Source: a virus. From it: a DNA stretch of 64,000 nucleotides. Positions within the stretch are counted from its first letter, which is position 1. Each line of letters opens with the position of its first letter. Below, piece by piece: positions 38,668-49,623 of this stretch. A program made the translations under genes and the position numbers. The stretch lies in IMG/VR virus record IMGVR_UViG_3300020196_000016, positions 1 to 64,000 of that record; one strand, written 5' to 3'. The notes beneath the pieces were generated by a model, which was given only the letters and a program-made list of their open reading frames with translations, made no database searches and was not told where the DNA came from.

Positions 38668-39354
38668 TCAACGAAGAAACTTCATATGGCGTTCTTCAAC
38701 CTCAATAGGCTTCATTTTACCATAGGGAAGAATTGAATAACGCTTTCCACCAGCAGAATGAGAACGTGGAAGAATACCAGCATTATCAATAACAATAGCC
38801 GAGGTCCAAAGTCCGATAGGAGACTTATCAAGAGAAGAAGGAGCAACAGAATCACCAATCTTGAACTTTGGTGCGACCTTTGCGTTCACAACATAACCTT
38901 GGGCGTATTTATTATTCATAAACTTATTCCATTGTTCCTCGCTTGGAACAAACTTATCATCAGACAAAATGCTTTCAACAAGCTTTTGATGATATGGTGA
39001 ACTGGTTGCGCGATAAACACCAGCAACAATCTTCATATTGTCGCGCATTTCATCTGTGAACTTATTAGCAAATTCAGTATGCTTTGCGACAGCAGCATCA
39101 CTAAACTTATCTTCAATCCTCTTGAAAGAATTATACTGTCCCGCAGTAATACGATTGCGGACAGTAGCATATTCATTAATGCTGGTGAGAAAGTTCTTTT
39201 CCCAATCATTAAGTCCCGGCTTCGTGATGAGATCACGAATACGCTGCACAATACCGGGATTCGTCAGTTCTGCTTCATTGACTTCGGGGGTGACTTGCTC
39301 CACTTGAACGGTATAGCGCGAAGGACGAACCGGAAAACGGCGATAATAAGACAT
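38668..39354 (-). CDS. Hypothetical early protein with C-terminal KOW-like domain
   Basis: LNDWEKNFLTSI; PKFKIGD; promoter TTGACG-N17-TACAAT at 39388-39416. Confidence 0.75.
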   Translation of the reverse strand: MSYYRRFPVRPSRYTVQVEQVTPEVNEAELTNPGIVQRIRDLITKPGLNDWEKNFLTSINEYATVRNRITAGQYNSFKRIEDKFSDAAVAKHTEFANKFTDEMRDNMKIVAGVYRATSSPYHQKLVESILSDDKFVPSEEQWNKFMNNKYAQGYVVNAKVAPKFKIGDSVAPSSLDKSPIGLWTSAIVIDNAGILPRSHSAGGKRYSILPYGKMKPIEVEERHMKFLR

Positions 39355-39540
39355 AATGATCTCCGCTGGGCTTGTGTAGGTCTGCCGATTGTATCAGAAA
39401 CCGGCGAGGGCGTCAACCATCGTCGCAAAAGCGGTATATCTTATGTTTTAACTTACAGATGTCTTCTTTAAGCATTTCGATAAAGACATAAAAACTTGGA
39501 GCATATATAATTAATAAAAATATATATGCTCCGTAGTTTT

Positions 39541-40176
39541 TCATGGTTTTTTAGTTTCTTTAAATAAACTGCTAAATATTCCTGTTTCTGTTGATGTTTC
39601 TGTTCCTGTTTTTGGTTTTGGTTTTATTACTGTACCGTCAGTAGCAAGTTTTCCTCCGGATATTCCAGAAACTGCTCTTGTAGGTTCATCTCCGGATATA
39701 AATCTGGTTGGTAATTCTGCTACTGGATCTCTTGGTATCTGAAGTTTTATTTTGTCTAATTCTTTTTTTATATTTGAAGTCTTTAACATTATATCATGTA
39801 GTCTATTAAATTCTTCTGGTGATATTTTAGAAACTTCTATAGCAATATGTGAATTATTAATTATATCTACCGCAATTTGTTGTAATTGTTCTATAGTAGA
39901 TTCTTGTTCTAAATTATCTAAATAATTACGAATTTTTAATAATGAATTTTTTGTTGCTTCTGAAAAATTTTTAACATTAAAACCTTCTCTTGGTATTAAT
40001 ATGCTTAATTCTCCTAATAAACGACTAAGTTCTCCAGCTATAGCTGGTTGTTTTTGTATATTAGCTGGACGGCCACCTACTGTACCGCCCCCCTTAGGTC
40101 CTTCTTTTAATAAATTTCTCTGTTTTGTTCTTTGAACTTCTTCATTAATAAGCTTCTTTAATTCGTTTAAATCCAT
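39541..40176 (-). CDS. Hypothetical protein, possibly virion-associated
   Basis: N-terminal LKKLINEEV motif; GAGG RBS. Confidence 0.6.
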   Translation of the reverse strand: MDLNELKKLINEEVQRTKQRNLLKEGPKGGGTVGGRPANIQKQPAIAGELSRLLGELSILIPREGFNVKNFSEATKNSLLKIRNYLDNLEQESTIEQLQQIAVDIINNSHIAIEVSKISPEEFNRLHDIMLKTSNIKKELDKIKLQIPRDPVAELPTRFISGDEPTRAVSGISGGKLATDGTVIKPKPKTGTETSTETGIFSSLFKETKKP

Positions 40177-40194
40177 TTCTATTCCTCGCTTTAT

Positions 40195-40521
40195 CTATTT
40201 AGAACCTTTTACAACCTTTTGAACTAAAATTAATTCACTCGCATACATCCAAATTGAAGCATTGTTTCCAACGATATTCTTTCCAGTCCATAAAACTAAT
40301 ATTTGTGGTTTTGAAGGAAAAAAATCATCGTTTCTTGCTGGAATTAATTCTCTTAATGTTCCGATCTTTTTTCGTAAATATTCTATATCATACACATCAT
40401 CAAAGCTTATTTTAACATCCATAACTAATCCACAACCAACTTCAAAATCGTAATCTTCAACAAGACGAACAAGATCGCCTATATCAAATTCGCACAGCTG
40501 TTTGTTGATATAGTCAACCAT
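40195..40521 (-). CDS. KOW/SH3-like family protein
   Basis: FDIGDLV...CGLV...VLW. Confidence 0.6.
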   Translation of the reverse strand: MVDYINKQLCEFDIGDLVRLVEDYDFEVGCGLVMDVKISFDDVYDIEYLRKKIGTLRELIPARNDDFFPSKPQILVLWTGKNIVGNNASIWMYASELILVQKVVKGSK

Positions 40522-40533
40522 ATATTAAATAGG

Positions 40534-41808
40534 TTAACAATCACCACCAATCCAATAGTTTAGTGTATCAATCATTTGTTGTGTGTGATAAGATAAATAA
40601 TCTAAAAATCCTCCACATCTTTGTGTTAAGTCCACCCACAATTGTTGATCTGAAATATCGTAATTAATAAAAGCGCCTATGATATAATTATTTTCTTCGC
40701 ATTGTTGAACTACATTTTCAATACCTTGTTGGATATCAAGAAACATATCTTCCTGCATCAACTCATCACTAAATATCAATATTTTTTTATTATTTGACGA
40801 CCAACTAACATAACCAATTGAATTTGGATCATTTGAGTTGTATGTAGCATCTAATTGTAATTCTACACCACCAGAAAATTGAAAGTTGTTTGCTGCTCTT
40901 ATGGCGGCACATGCTGTTCCAGAATCAGTAAAATCAGATAATACTTTCATTTGATTGAATTCTGTTCCGTCAGCATATCCGATACCTATAACAGCAAATC
41001 TGCTATTTTGTAATACACCTTGTGAACTCCAAGAACAAAGAGCATCGGCAACACTTTCAACAATAAAAGACATAGAACCAGAATAATCAATAATGAGAGC
41101 AAAATCTTTTTGTAATGAATCTGATTCTACTTCATCGGTAATTCCATCACAATCATCGTCATTATCATTACCACATACTTCTGGAATAGGTGTTCTCATA
41201 TTTCTTATGCTGATAACACCATCAACACATTCTTTGTATCCTGCTCTACATTCACCAACATTTATTGTATCTGGATCTCCGGTATAAACATATCTTTCAC
41301 CATCGGTAAAGATTGGATCTTCATAGGTATCTTCGTCAACACTCATATCACAATCGTTATCTTTTCCATCACAAACTTCTTTTCCATAAGTATCCGGATA
41401 AAGACATACCCATTCTCCACTTATACATTTTTGATCGGCATATCTACACACGCCAAATGAGATACAATTATTTTGATTAGAATAATATGGTCTCAATAAT
41501 TCATAGCCAGAAAAATCATCATCAATCAAGCCATTACAATTATCATCTAAACTATTACAATCTTCTTCGTCTGGTTTTACTTCGCCCCAACAAACAAGAT
41601 TTCCACTTTCATCTCTATTTGTTAGGCCAGTGGAACATTCACCAATGTTTAATTTTCTGTATTCTGAACTATTAAAACTCAATAATACAATTTTGCCTTC
41701 TGAATCAACATAACAAGGATTACCTAATGTTTCAACCAAAATTTCTTGATCGCAATTGCAAGAACCAAAAATGGTAAATAATAATAGAAGAAAGCTATTT
41801 CTTTTCAT
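40534..41808 (-). CDS. Predicted lipoprotein with MopE-type metal-binding repeats and C-terminal VWA domain
   Basis: Signal peptide ending FGSC; three E.C(N/D/G)..D(D/N).C(N/D)...D(D/E) repeats; IDYSGSM MIDAS, FSDE. Confidence 0.8.
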   Translation of the reverse strand: MKRNSFLLLLFTIFGSCNCDQEILVETLGNPCYVDSEGKIVLLSFNSSEYRKLNIGECSTGLTNRDESGNLVCWGEVKPDEEDCNSLDDNCNGLIDDDFSGYELLRPYYSNQNNCISFGVCRYADQKCISGEWVCLYPDTYGKEVCDGKDNDCDMSVDEDTYEDPIFTDGERYVYTGDPDTINVGECRAGYKECVDGVISIRNMRTPIPEVCGNDNDDDCDGITDEVESDSLQKDFALIIDYSGSMSFIVESVADALCSWSSQGVLQNSRFAVIGIGYADGTEFNQMKVLSDFTDSGTACAAIRAANNFQFSGGVELQLDATYNSNDPNSIGYVSWSSNNKKILIFSDELMQEDMFLDIQQGIENVVQQCEENNYIIGAFINYDISDQQLWVDLTQRCGGFLDYLSYHTQQMIDTLNYWIGGDC

Positions 41809-41983
41809 CTCCCACTCCTGTTATATAATTTTTAACTTCTTCTGTTTGTTTGTTTAACCACTCTTTAATAATCTTATCAGCAGCTTCAGTATATGTTAAG
41901 CCGCCATCACAATAAGTGCAGAAGGATTTCTTGCCGAGACAAATCATACATGTAGATTTAACGTATAATTTGCCGTCATTCAT
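41795..41983 (-). CDS. Small zinc-finger protein
   Basis: CMICLG...CTYCDG. Confidence 0.65.
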   Translation of the reverse strand: MNDGKLYVKSTCMICLGKKSFCTYCDGGLTYTEAADKIIKEWLNKQTEEVKNYITGVGDEKK

Positions 41984-41985
41984 TT

Positions 41986-42351
41986 TTAGAATCTCTCTGG
42001 TTTGGAGACATATTCTATTTTTACTATCCCCTGTGTTTTTAATAGCTCTTGTCTTATTCTTAATAGAGCATTAACTACATCGACTTTTATATCTGGATCG
42101 GGTGATTTAAACGGATCAACATCAAATTTCATCTCAAGTATATTATAATCTAATAGCTTGGTGTTTTTATGTTGTTTTATGTTGATAATCGTAACGCCCG
42201 TTTTGGCGCGTATATCAGATAATATATCTTCTTTCTTTCTTTTCAAATTACGATCAATAACCATAAGAACATTAATCTTCATTTGACTTGGATCAGCCAA
42301 CTCGTTTAATGTAGTAGAATATTTTTTAAAACTTTCCAATAACTCTTTCAT
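41986..42351 (-). CDS. Hypothetical protein
   Basis: Start moved to MKELLESF after the CTATTTAC motif and terminator at 42383-42411. Confidence 0.65.
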   Translation of the reverse strand: MKELLESFKKYSTTLNELADPSQMKINVLMVIDRNLKRKKEDILSDIRAKTGVTIINIKQHKNTKLLDYNILEMKFDVDPFKSPDPDIKVDVVNALLRIRQELLKTQGIVKIEYVSKPERF

Positions 42352-42459
42352 ACAAGTAAATAGCCTTTCATAAGTGAAATATAAAAAAAAAGGCGTGTAC
42401 CAGACACGCCTTAGTGTAATTTGTGCCCCGGAGCAAAAACTATACACTATATATAATTA

Positions 42460-42819
42460 TTATCCAATAAATATACTTATTACCTTATCTCTATTGTCTC
42501 TCGGCAACAAAGTGATGGTTAAAATACCATTTTTACAATCTGCCTTAATTTTCTTTGTATCAATACTATCAGTCAATTTCCATTGACGAGTAAACTTTTT
42601 ATTTTCTAAATCAGATGATAATTTTAAAATATTATCTGTAATTTCAAGCTTTAAATCTTCCTTTGAATATCCTGGAATAACAACCTCAATTTTGGTTGAA
42701 CCATCTTTTTCTGTTTTTATAGAATCATAGATAAAAGTATCGTCGGAAATCTGTGTCTGATATGGAAAAGAAAAAGCATCATCTAACATTTTATTTAATA
42801 TTTTTGTTGTGTATAACAT
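42460..42819 (-). CDS. Small heat-shock protein (Hsp20)
   Basis: IPGYSKEDL...FTRQWKL...ADCKNGILTITL. Confidence 0.9.
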   Translation of the reverse strand: MLYTTKILNKMLDDAFSFPYQTQISDDTFIYDSIKTEKDGSTKIEVVIPGYSKEDLKLEITDNILKLSSDLENKKFTRQWKLTDSIDTKKIKADCKNGILTITLLPRDNRDKVISIFIG

Positions 42820-42828
42820 AATAAACTC

Positions 42829-43230
42829 CTATATTTTGTCTCCCTCTCCCCAAAAGAGAGGGTTTTGCCGATCATCGGTGATTAGTTGGACTATCACACG
42901 ATCATCTTTATACACAACATCATATTCACCAGTTATTTTAGAGACAAGGGGTTGAAGATTACCATATTTAGGTTTTTGTGGTTTTTTTGTTTTACGAGCA
43001 GGTTCAGGCATATAATTTAAGTGTTCTAAACAACCATCAATTAATGCTTTACTCGTCATGCCTTCATCAAGTAGTTTTTTGTGGTCTACCTTTAGATAGG
43101 CGCAAACAACCCATTTTGTCGTTCCGAAACCTTCAATATTGTATACACTACTGCTATACAATCCATCTCGGGTTTCTTCGTCCGTAGCATATTTAGATTT
43201 TTTAATTGGGATAAAAGAACAGTCAATCAT
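42829..43230 (-). CDS. Hypothetical protein
   Basis: 133-aa ORF in operon. Confidence 0.65.
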   Translation of the reverse strand: MIDCSFIPIKKSKYATDEETRDGLYSSSVYNIEGFGTTKWVVCAYLKVDHKKLLDEGMTSKALIDGCLEHLNYMPEPARKTKKPQKPKYGNLQPLVSKITGEYDVVYKDDRVIVQLITDDRQNPLFWGEGDKI

Positions 43231-43481
43231 ATTGTTTTGTTTTCTTTCAAATAGTTTTCTAAATCATCAGAACCGCCTATTAATTTAATAGCATTTTGTT
43301 CGTGCTCTAAAATAATAGGAACTGTTTTGTGTCCTGTTTGCTGTTTAATTTCTTGTAAAAATTCCAAGTTCTTATCAACAACAACAACTATAAAAGGCAG
43401 TTTACTTTGTTCGAAAAGAGAAATTGCTTTTTTACAGAAAGGACAATCTGTCTTAACATAAACAGTATATTTTTTACTCAT
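43227..43481 (-). CDS. Glutaredoxin
   Basis: CPFC, TVP, IGG. Confidence 0.92.
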   Translation of the reverse strand: MSKKYTVYVKTDCPFCKKAISLFEQSKLPFIVVVVDKNLEFLQEIKQQTGHKTVPIILEHEQNAIKLIGGSDDLENYLKENKTI

Positions 43482-43482
43482 T

Positions 43483-43752
43483 TCAATCTTTCAATACTGT
43501 TTTTCTTTTTTGTGTTCCAGATAATAGTTTTTCTACTTCTAGTGGACTTCCAACCACAACAAACGAACCTTTTGTTGTTTCTATTCTAGCCAATTTCATA
43601 TTGGATTCATTTGAAAATTCTTCATTAATAGAAATAATGTGTTCTGGATTTACAAACAAATCTCTATAAATAAAACTGGAATTTACTACATTTCGACCCG
43701 AACTATCTTTCATAGTCGAGCCAACTTTTTGTGCTTCTGTTAATTTAATCAT
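43483..43752 (-). CDS. FlbD-like small protein
   Basis: MIKLT...FVNPEHIISI...V.GS..EV. Confidence 0.5.
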   Translation of the reverse strand: MIKLTEAQKVGSTMKDSSGRNVVNSSFIYRDLFVNPEHIISINEEFSNESNMKLARIETTKGSFVVVGSPLEVEKLLSGTQKRKTVLKD

Positions 43753-43754
43753 AT

Positions 43755-43985
43755 TTACCTTTCTGTAAGTTCAATAACTTCGTTTTCTTCAATATATCTC
43801 TCGCCAACATTGTCGACATAAGCTTTGATATAAGATTTGCTGTTTATTGTTTTTCTTTCTAAGAATATTCCTCTACATGGTTTATTCAATATAATTCCAA
43901 CTGGGATTCCATATTGTGGAACTTCATTAGCAACCAATATTCCTTCTCGCAACCATATTGGATCACCCGGAAGAGATATTATCAT
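43755..43985 (-). CDS. Hypothetical protein
   Basis: ORF in operon. Confidence 0.55.
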   Translation of the reverse strand: MIISLPGDPIWLREGILVANEVPQYGIPVGIILNKPCRGIFLERKTINSKSYIKAYVDNVGERYIEENEVIELTER

Positions 43986-44301
43986 TTTTTTGATCTTCTT
44001 TCTGCTCTATTTTACCATCAAATATATCATTTAAACCATTCACAACTGAAGCAACATCTCCAACTCTCATATCAATTTTAGAAAGCAGAACACGAACAGT
44101 ATCCATTTCAGTCAATAGTCTTTTTAGTTCTTTTCTATGAGATTCATCGATCAAATCAAGACCGTAAAGATCCCTTTTAATTTGCGATACTTTTACTTGT
44201 AGTAATGAAATATTTGATATCGCATCATCAAGCGTGATAGCAGAAATTTTACTTACATCTTCTAGATCAGAAGAGATTTGTAGTTTTACTTTTTGGCTCA
44301 T
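43963..44301 (-). CDS. Hypothetical coiled-coil protein
   Basis: AGGAG RBS. Confidence 0.65.
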   Translation of the reverse strand: MSQKVKLQISSDLEDVSKISAITLDDAISNISLLQVKVSQIKRDLYGLDLIDESHRKELKRLLTEMDTVRVLLSKIDMRVGDVASVVNGLNDIFDGKIEQKEDQKNDNISSG

Positions 44302-44334
44302 AACACTCCTGTTGTTAAACTAACACAACCACAT

Positions 44335-45909
44335 TCACTTGTCAATGATCGCGAAGTTAGTTGTTATAAGTGTAGTTGCTACACTCGCAGCATTTTGTAA
44401 TGCTATTCTGGATACTTTGGCTGGATCAATAACACCGTTTTCAAGAAGATTACAATACTTTCTTGTAGCAATATTATATCCATCACCCTTCTTTTTAACT
44501 CGTTCAATAATAACATCTGCCGATTCGTCAGCGTTCTTTAACATTTGACGGAGTGGTGCTTCAACAACTTGGGACATAATATTTAAAGCATTCTTTTGCT
44601 GTTCGTTTTCTAAACCAATCTCGCTTGGTTTTAGTTTACTGAATGCTTTAATTAATATAACTCCTCCACCGTCAACTATACCTTCGTCTTGTGCTGACCG
44701 AACAGCTTCAAGAGCATCTTCAATACGGTGTTTTGTTTCAATCATTTCTACTTCTGTTGTTCCGCCAACATGAATTGTGGCAACACCACTAGAAAGACGA
44801 GTAATTCTTTCTTGTATCTTTTCACACTCACCCATATCTTCTGTTATTTTAAATTCTTCACGAAGAGAATCAATACGTTCTGAAATAACCTTTCCATCAC
44901 CTTCACCGCCAACAATTGTTGTCCACAATTTATTTGATTCAATTGTTTTAGCACTACCAAGATCAGCAAGTTTTACATCTGTTAAGCTCTTTCCAGTTTG
45001 TGCTGAAATAAAAGTTGCACCAACAGCAATAGCCATATCCTGGAGAGTGTTAAATCTATCTTTACCATATGATGGTGCTTTGATAGAAGCAACCTTCATG
45101 CTACCACGCATGGCATTTACAATAAGTGCTGCTAATGCTTCACCGAAAATATCATCAGCAACAACAATCAGTGGACGCTTTGCTCGGGCAGCAAGTTCAA
45201 GTGTAGGCATCAACTGGTTTATATCTTCTACACGTTCATCAGTAATAAGAAACATCGGACGTTCATGTTTCATTACACCAAGACGTTCATTTGTAATAAA
45301 TTGTCCAGCAGCAATACCACCCTTGAAACGGAATCCTTCTACAATTTCAAGTGTTGTTTGTAATGATTTACCTTCTTTAATTGTAACTGCGCCGTCTTTG
45401 CCGGTTAGATCAACCGCTTCTGCGATCAACTTACCAATCGTTTTATCACCATTAGCGGAGATGGTAGCAACATTTTCTACATCTTCCAGCTTCATTACAG
45501 GTTTGGACAGCGACTTAATCTTATCTGTTAAGGCTGATACAACTTTATCTATACCGCGCTTTAATTCAATTGGAGAAACACCAGCAGCAAGATACTTTTG
45601 GCTTTCAACAAGAATAGAACGAGCCAATACAGTTGATGTGGTTGTTCCATCACCAGCAGTATTGGCTGTTTCTTCTGCTGCTTGCTTCATAATCTGAACA
45701 GCAACATTTGCAACTGGATCCTCTGATATATTAACAGCGCGGGCAACCGAAACTCCATCCTTGGTTGCGAACGGACGACGATCTTTTTCATGGATGATTA
45801 CTGTTCGACCTCGTGGACCCATTGTTGAAGCCACATTATCAGCCAGCAATTCAATTCCTTCTAATAGTTTTTGATTTAATGCTTGTTCTCGACAAAATAC
45901 TTTACTCAT
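44335..45909 (-). CDS. groEL: Group I chaperonin
   Basis: TMGPRG, TKDGVSVA, AGDGTTT, EGIVDGGG, GVIDP. Confidence 0.97.
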   Translation of the reverse strand: MSKVFCREQALNQKLLEGIELLADNVASTMGPRGRTVIIHEKDRRPFATKDGVSVARAVNISEDPVANVAVQIMKQAAEETANTAGDGTTTSTVLARSILVESQKYLAAGVSPIELKRGIDKVVSALTDKIKSLSKPVMKLEDVENVATISANGDKTIGKLIAEAVDLTGKDGAVTIKEGKSLQTTLEIVEGFRFKGGIAAGQFITNERLGVMKHERPMFLITDERVEDINQLMPTLELAARAKRPLIVVADDIFGEALAALIVNAMRGSMKVASIKAPSYGKDRFNTLQDMAIAVGATFISAQTGKSLTDVKLADLGSAKTIESNKLWTTIVGGEGDGKVISERIDSLREEFKITEDMGECEKIQERITRLSSGVATIHVGGTTEVEMIETKHRIEDALEAVRSAQDEGIVDGGGVILIKAFSKLKPSEIGLENEQQKNALNIMSQVVEAPLRQMLKNADESADVIIERVKKKGDGYNIATRKYCNLLENGVIDPAKVSRIALQNAASVATTLITTNFAIIDK

Positions 45910-45959
45910 TTAAACCTCGGTTTAAAACATTATATCAACAGATTGTGGGAAGTCAAGGG

Positions 45960-47816
45960 TTATTTTTCTTCTGGTGGCTTGCTTTGATCTTCTTCTGCTT
46001 GGAAGGCAGCAACATTTTCGCTTATAGTTTCGGCATTTTGAATTGCCTTGGTTCCAAAATCGCCCTCTTTTGCTTGTTCTTTTGAAGTCGCAAAGAAATT
46101 AACAAGATTTATATTTAATTCTTGAAATGCTTTAAGCGTGTTATTCATGCTTTCTGCTAAACCAGAAGCAATAGATAATTGTTGTTTATTATATTGTTCT
46201 GGATTACCAAGATTTAATGGTATTTTATTTGGAATAAGTTGCCAAATGCCTTTAATTGGTATAGAAAATCTTCCTTGTTTTTTTTCATTTTCTTGTTCGT
46301 CTGAACTTTCTACTTCTTGTAATTGTTCTTCATTTTTTGTAGAAGGTTGATTTTGTGCGGCAGACAAAGCCGTTTCTAAACTAGTTTCATATTGTTTTGC
46401 TTTTTGAAGAATATCTGAAAGTGTTTCTAATTTTTGATTTGGCTCTTTAAGTTTTATCAAATCTTCCAATACGGCTCGACTACCATAAGTTGCTTGTGTT
46501 AAATTAGGAACATTTGTACCTCTAAATTCTGGTATTTTTGATAGAATGTTTAAAATATTTTTCAAACTTTCTATAAAACTTCTTTCTTCTACTGGTATGG
46601 AAACACCGGAACGACTTTTCTGTAAATAATTTATTTTATTCTCTTGGGTTGTTTTTTGTATAACTTCTGATGATGATTTTAACTGTTGTAGTTGTTGTTC
46701 GGCAATATCGGCAGGTATTGTTCTGCGACCCATTTGTATAACATTTTTTATTGGCTCTTTAACTGATGGTGTCTTTTCCGGCGTTAATATTGTTTCATAT
46801 CCTAATTTGGTTAATTTTTCTTCATTTTCTGTATCAACAACAAGAATACCGCAAGCGCCTTCTTTTACTAGAATTAATCCTGTTGGATATGATTTAATAA
46901 TTTTCCATTCATTAGCCGGTAAATGCTGTGGAATATTTGATATAAGTAATTCCGCAAATTCTAATGAATTATTTTCTCTATTAGTAGTTGAAACAATATA
47001 AGTAATCGGTCTTCCTCTAGTGAGGGCTGCCGTATTTAAATTTTTTGCTGATCCTTTAATTGTAAAATTAGAATCCTTACCTGTAAACATCTTTAAGCTG
47101 TAATCCCAAACTTGTCCTTGCGATTCTTTCGTTACGTCCACAATCTGCTGATCTACTGAACCTAAAACCTTTGCTCCGGTTCCGATTAAAGGACGAAGGA
47201 TATATTCAAACAATTTACCCGGCTGTGCTGTAAAATAAGCAAGTTTTTTTAATAAATTTAAAAATATAAGAGCTGATATAGCTTTTCTTATATCTTTTGT
47301 CTCTACTGGATTATCTGCTGCTGTTTGTGTAAATTCATTTATTTTTTGAATTCTTAGTATCCAATTACCTTTTTCTGTTTCAAGATTACGAACTATTCTT
47401 GCTATCAGCTTGTTATCTTCGCTTTCCTCTTTCATTTCAGAGTTTGTGATTAATGAAAATATATCTGGAACTTCTATAGTATAACTCTGTGCTTTTTTTG
47501 TTGCTTCATCTTCTCCAATCAAAGCTTCTGTAGATACCCGTAAATGTGGTTGTTTTCCAAAACCATGCTCTTTTGACATCTCATTATAAGAACTTCTGCT
47601 ATTACCATTAGCATGATGCGCAACGCCTATTCCTTGTCTAACATTCTCAGGAATAGCATTTGAAACATTGTTTTCACCAAATTTCGTACCGTATGGACCG
47701 GTTTGCTCGTTCAATACATTATCGATCTCTTCCAATAATTCATTCCAACCAAATTTATTTGATTTGGTTTTAAACTTTTCATCTATTAGCGCACCTATAT
47801 CCAGCGGTTTTTTCAT
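45960..47816 (-). CDS. Large hypothetical protein
   Basis: 618-aa ORF; GKLFE...IVD...YSLK resembles a PD-(D/E)xK pattern (weak). Confidence 0.65.
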   Translation of the reverse strand: MKKPLDIGALIDEKFKTKSNKFGWNELLEEIDNVLNEQTGPYGTKFGENNVSNAIPENVRQGIGVAHHANGNSRSSYNEMSKEHGFGKQPHLRVSTEALIGEDEATKKAQSYTIEVPDIFSLITNSEMKEESEDNKLIARIVRNLETEKGNWILRIQKINEFTQTAADNPVETKDIRKAISALIFLNLLKKLAYFTAQPGKLFEYILRPLIGTGAKVLGSVDQQIVDVTKESQGQVWDYSLKMFTGKDSNFTIKGSAKNLNTAALTRGRPITYIVSTTNRENNSLEFAELLISNIPQHLPANEWKIIKSYPTGLILVKEGACGILVVDTENEEKLTKLGYETILTPEKTPSVKEPIKNVIQMGRRTIPADIAEQQLQQLKSSSEVIQKTTQENKINYLQKSRSGVSIPVEERSFIESLKNILNILSKIPEFRGTNVPNLTQATYGSRAVLEDLIKLKEPNQKLETLSDILQKAKQYETSLETALSAAQNQPSTKNEEQLQEVESSDEQENEKKQGRFSIPIKGIWQLIPNKIPLNLGNPEQYNKQQLSIASGLAESMNNTLKAFQELNINLVNFFATSKEQAKEGDFGTKAIQNAETISENVAAFQAEEDQSKPPEEK

Positions 47817-47833
47817 TAATCACACCTCTTAAC

Positions 47834-48568
47834 TCAAATAATTATGTCTGCGAGTCCATATTTGACCGCTTCTTCGGCAGAAAGATAGATATTTACTTTC
47901 TTTTCAAACAATTTCTTGATAAAAGTAACACTCATTTTTGTTTCTGCTGCAAGACACTTGATATACTGTTCTTGTGTATGCTGGATTTCAGCGATTTCAT
48001 TTAGCATTTCATGCTGCGGACCAGCGGTTCCTGCACTTACTTGATGAACCATTACACGACAATGACGACCAATTTTACGCTTTCCTTTGGTTCCACTTGC
48101 AAGGAGAAGTGTTCCAGCACTCATAACTTGACCAAGACCAAGAGTTTCAATGTCACAATCCTTGCGAACCATTCGCATTGTATCATAGATACCAAACATA
48201 TCACTTGCACTTCCACCCGGTGTAGAAATTACAAAATTGATAGGCTGTGATACTTCATCAAATTTTACATCAATACCAGCATCCATATCCTCGTCTGCAA
48301 TAGCTTTCTCAAGCTTCTTTTTCTGTACTGCTGTAAGTGGACGTGGTACGCTTTTCATTCGTGTATCATGGAGGTGGAGAAGGCTATATACAACAAGTTC
48401 TGCCTTCTCTGTATCAAGCTGACCATACAATCCAATCTTACGAGAACCTTTTTGTTCTGGTTCTGAAAGTTGTTTGATTGTATTCATGAAATCATCTTCC
48501 GATAGCACATTATCTTTTGATTTCTTTTCTGTTGGCTTTTTACGCATATATTTCCTTTTGTTAATCAA
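47834..48568 (-). CDS. clpP: ClpP protease subunit
   Basis: ISTPGG, GQVMSAG, MVHQ, YLSAEEAVKYGLAD. Confidence 0.93.
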   Translation of the reverse strand: MINKRKYMRKKPTEKKSKDNVLSEDDFMNTIKQLSEPEQKGSRKIGLYGQLDTEKAELVVYSLLHLHDTRMKSVPRPLTAVQKKKLEKAIADEDMDAGIDVKFDEVSQPINFVISTPGGSASDMFGIYDTMRMVRKDCDIETLGLGQVMSAGTLLLASGTKGKRKIGRHCRVMVHQVSAGTAGPQHEMLNEIAEIQHTQEQYIKCLAAETKMSVTFIKKLFEKKVNIYLSAEEAVKYGLADIII

Positions 48569-49623
48569 ACTTCAATATCGTCTTCATCATCATCAGCAAA
48601 ATTGTTGTAGGCAACTGTCAGATCGCTTAGTAATTTAGAATGACGATCATCTAAATGTGGTTTTTCTTCTAGCCACTCAATAAATTCAGAAAGAGTTCTG
48701 GCAACTCCATTCCATTGAGCTAAGTTTCCAGCCGTAATCTTTTTCATTTTCTCCTCTTAGTTTTTAAGTTTACTGTAATCTTCTCTTGGTAGGAAAGCAG
48801 CTTTACTTGCTTTGTGTGTTAGGTAATTAATAGTTGTTACAAATGGTATGTAATAACCTTTACCTTCAATTATTTCAAGATACTCAACAAAGTCGGAACA
48901 TAAACTATATTCAAGTAGTTCAAAAAATTCATCTTCCGACATTTTGACGCCTTCTTTACCTTCCCACCACCACATCATATTAGCATAGTTTCCTCATTTA
49001 ATCAAGTGCTCGTTCTATAACTTCTAAATCTATTGGTGATTCTTCTGACACACAAGTTAATTGCCAACAAACAGTTATAGAATTTTCACCCCATCTGTCT
49101 GCCCTAACATCTAATACAACTCCCAATCCATGTGGAGTTTTTTCATTCCAATTTGGTTTTACTAAATCTCCTACACAAAATAATTCATTTCTAAACTTTT
49201 TGGATTGCATTTGTTACTACCATCTCCAATGTTTTATCTGTCCTCTGGGTTTTTAGGGTTACAAAGGGATAACCATGTTGATAATATATATTAGTAATTA
49301 GGTATGCATATTCAATTGCATTTCCTTCTCCATCAGTTAACTTGACTAAATCTCCTTTATTGAGATTGTTTTTTCTATCAATCCTCAAATTGAACTGCGA
49401 AAATTTTTCCGTCTGAACCTTTGTGTTTAAATTCATAGTATTTTTTTATCTTTCCGGAATTACATAAATGTATTGTAACCATTTTAGCGTTTGGTCCCAC
49501 GATAACACCTATCTTTGGTGAAAGCATAGCAGGAATGAATTTCCCGCCATATCCGACAGAGTGAAGAGCAGTGTTCAATCGCTTGATATACTCAAGAAAT
49601 TTATTTATTTTTTCATCTTGCAT
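48565..49623 (-). other. Five small hypothetical ORFs (48998 and 49191 are KOW-like)
   Basis: Packed minus-strand ORFs. Confidence 0.55.

Noticed and set aside
31098-45697. Long plus-strand ORFs (31575-32255, 34731-35672, 44777-45697)
   Set aside because: Antisense shadows of the VWA, MoxR and groEL genes.
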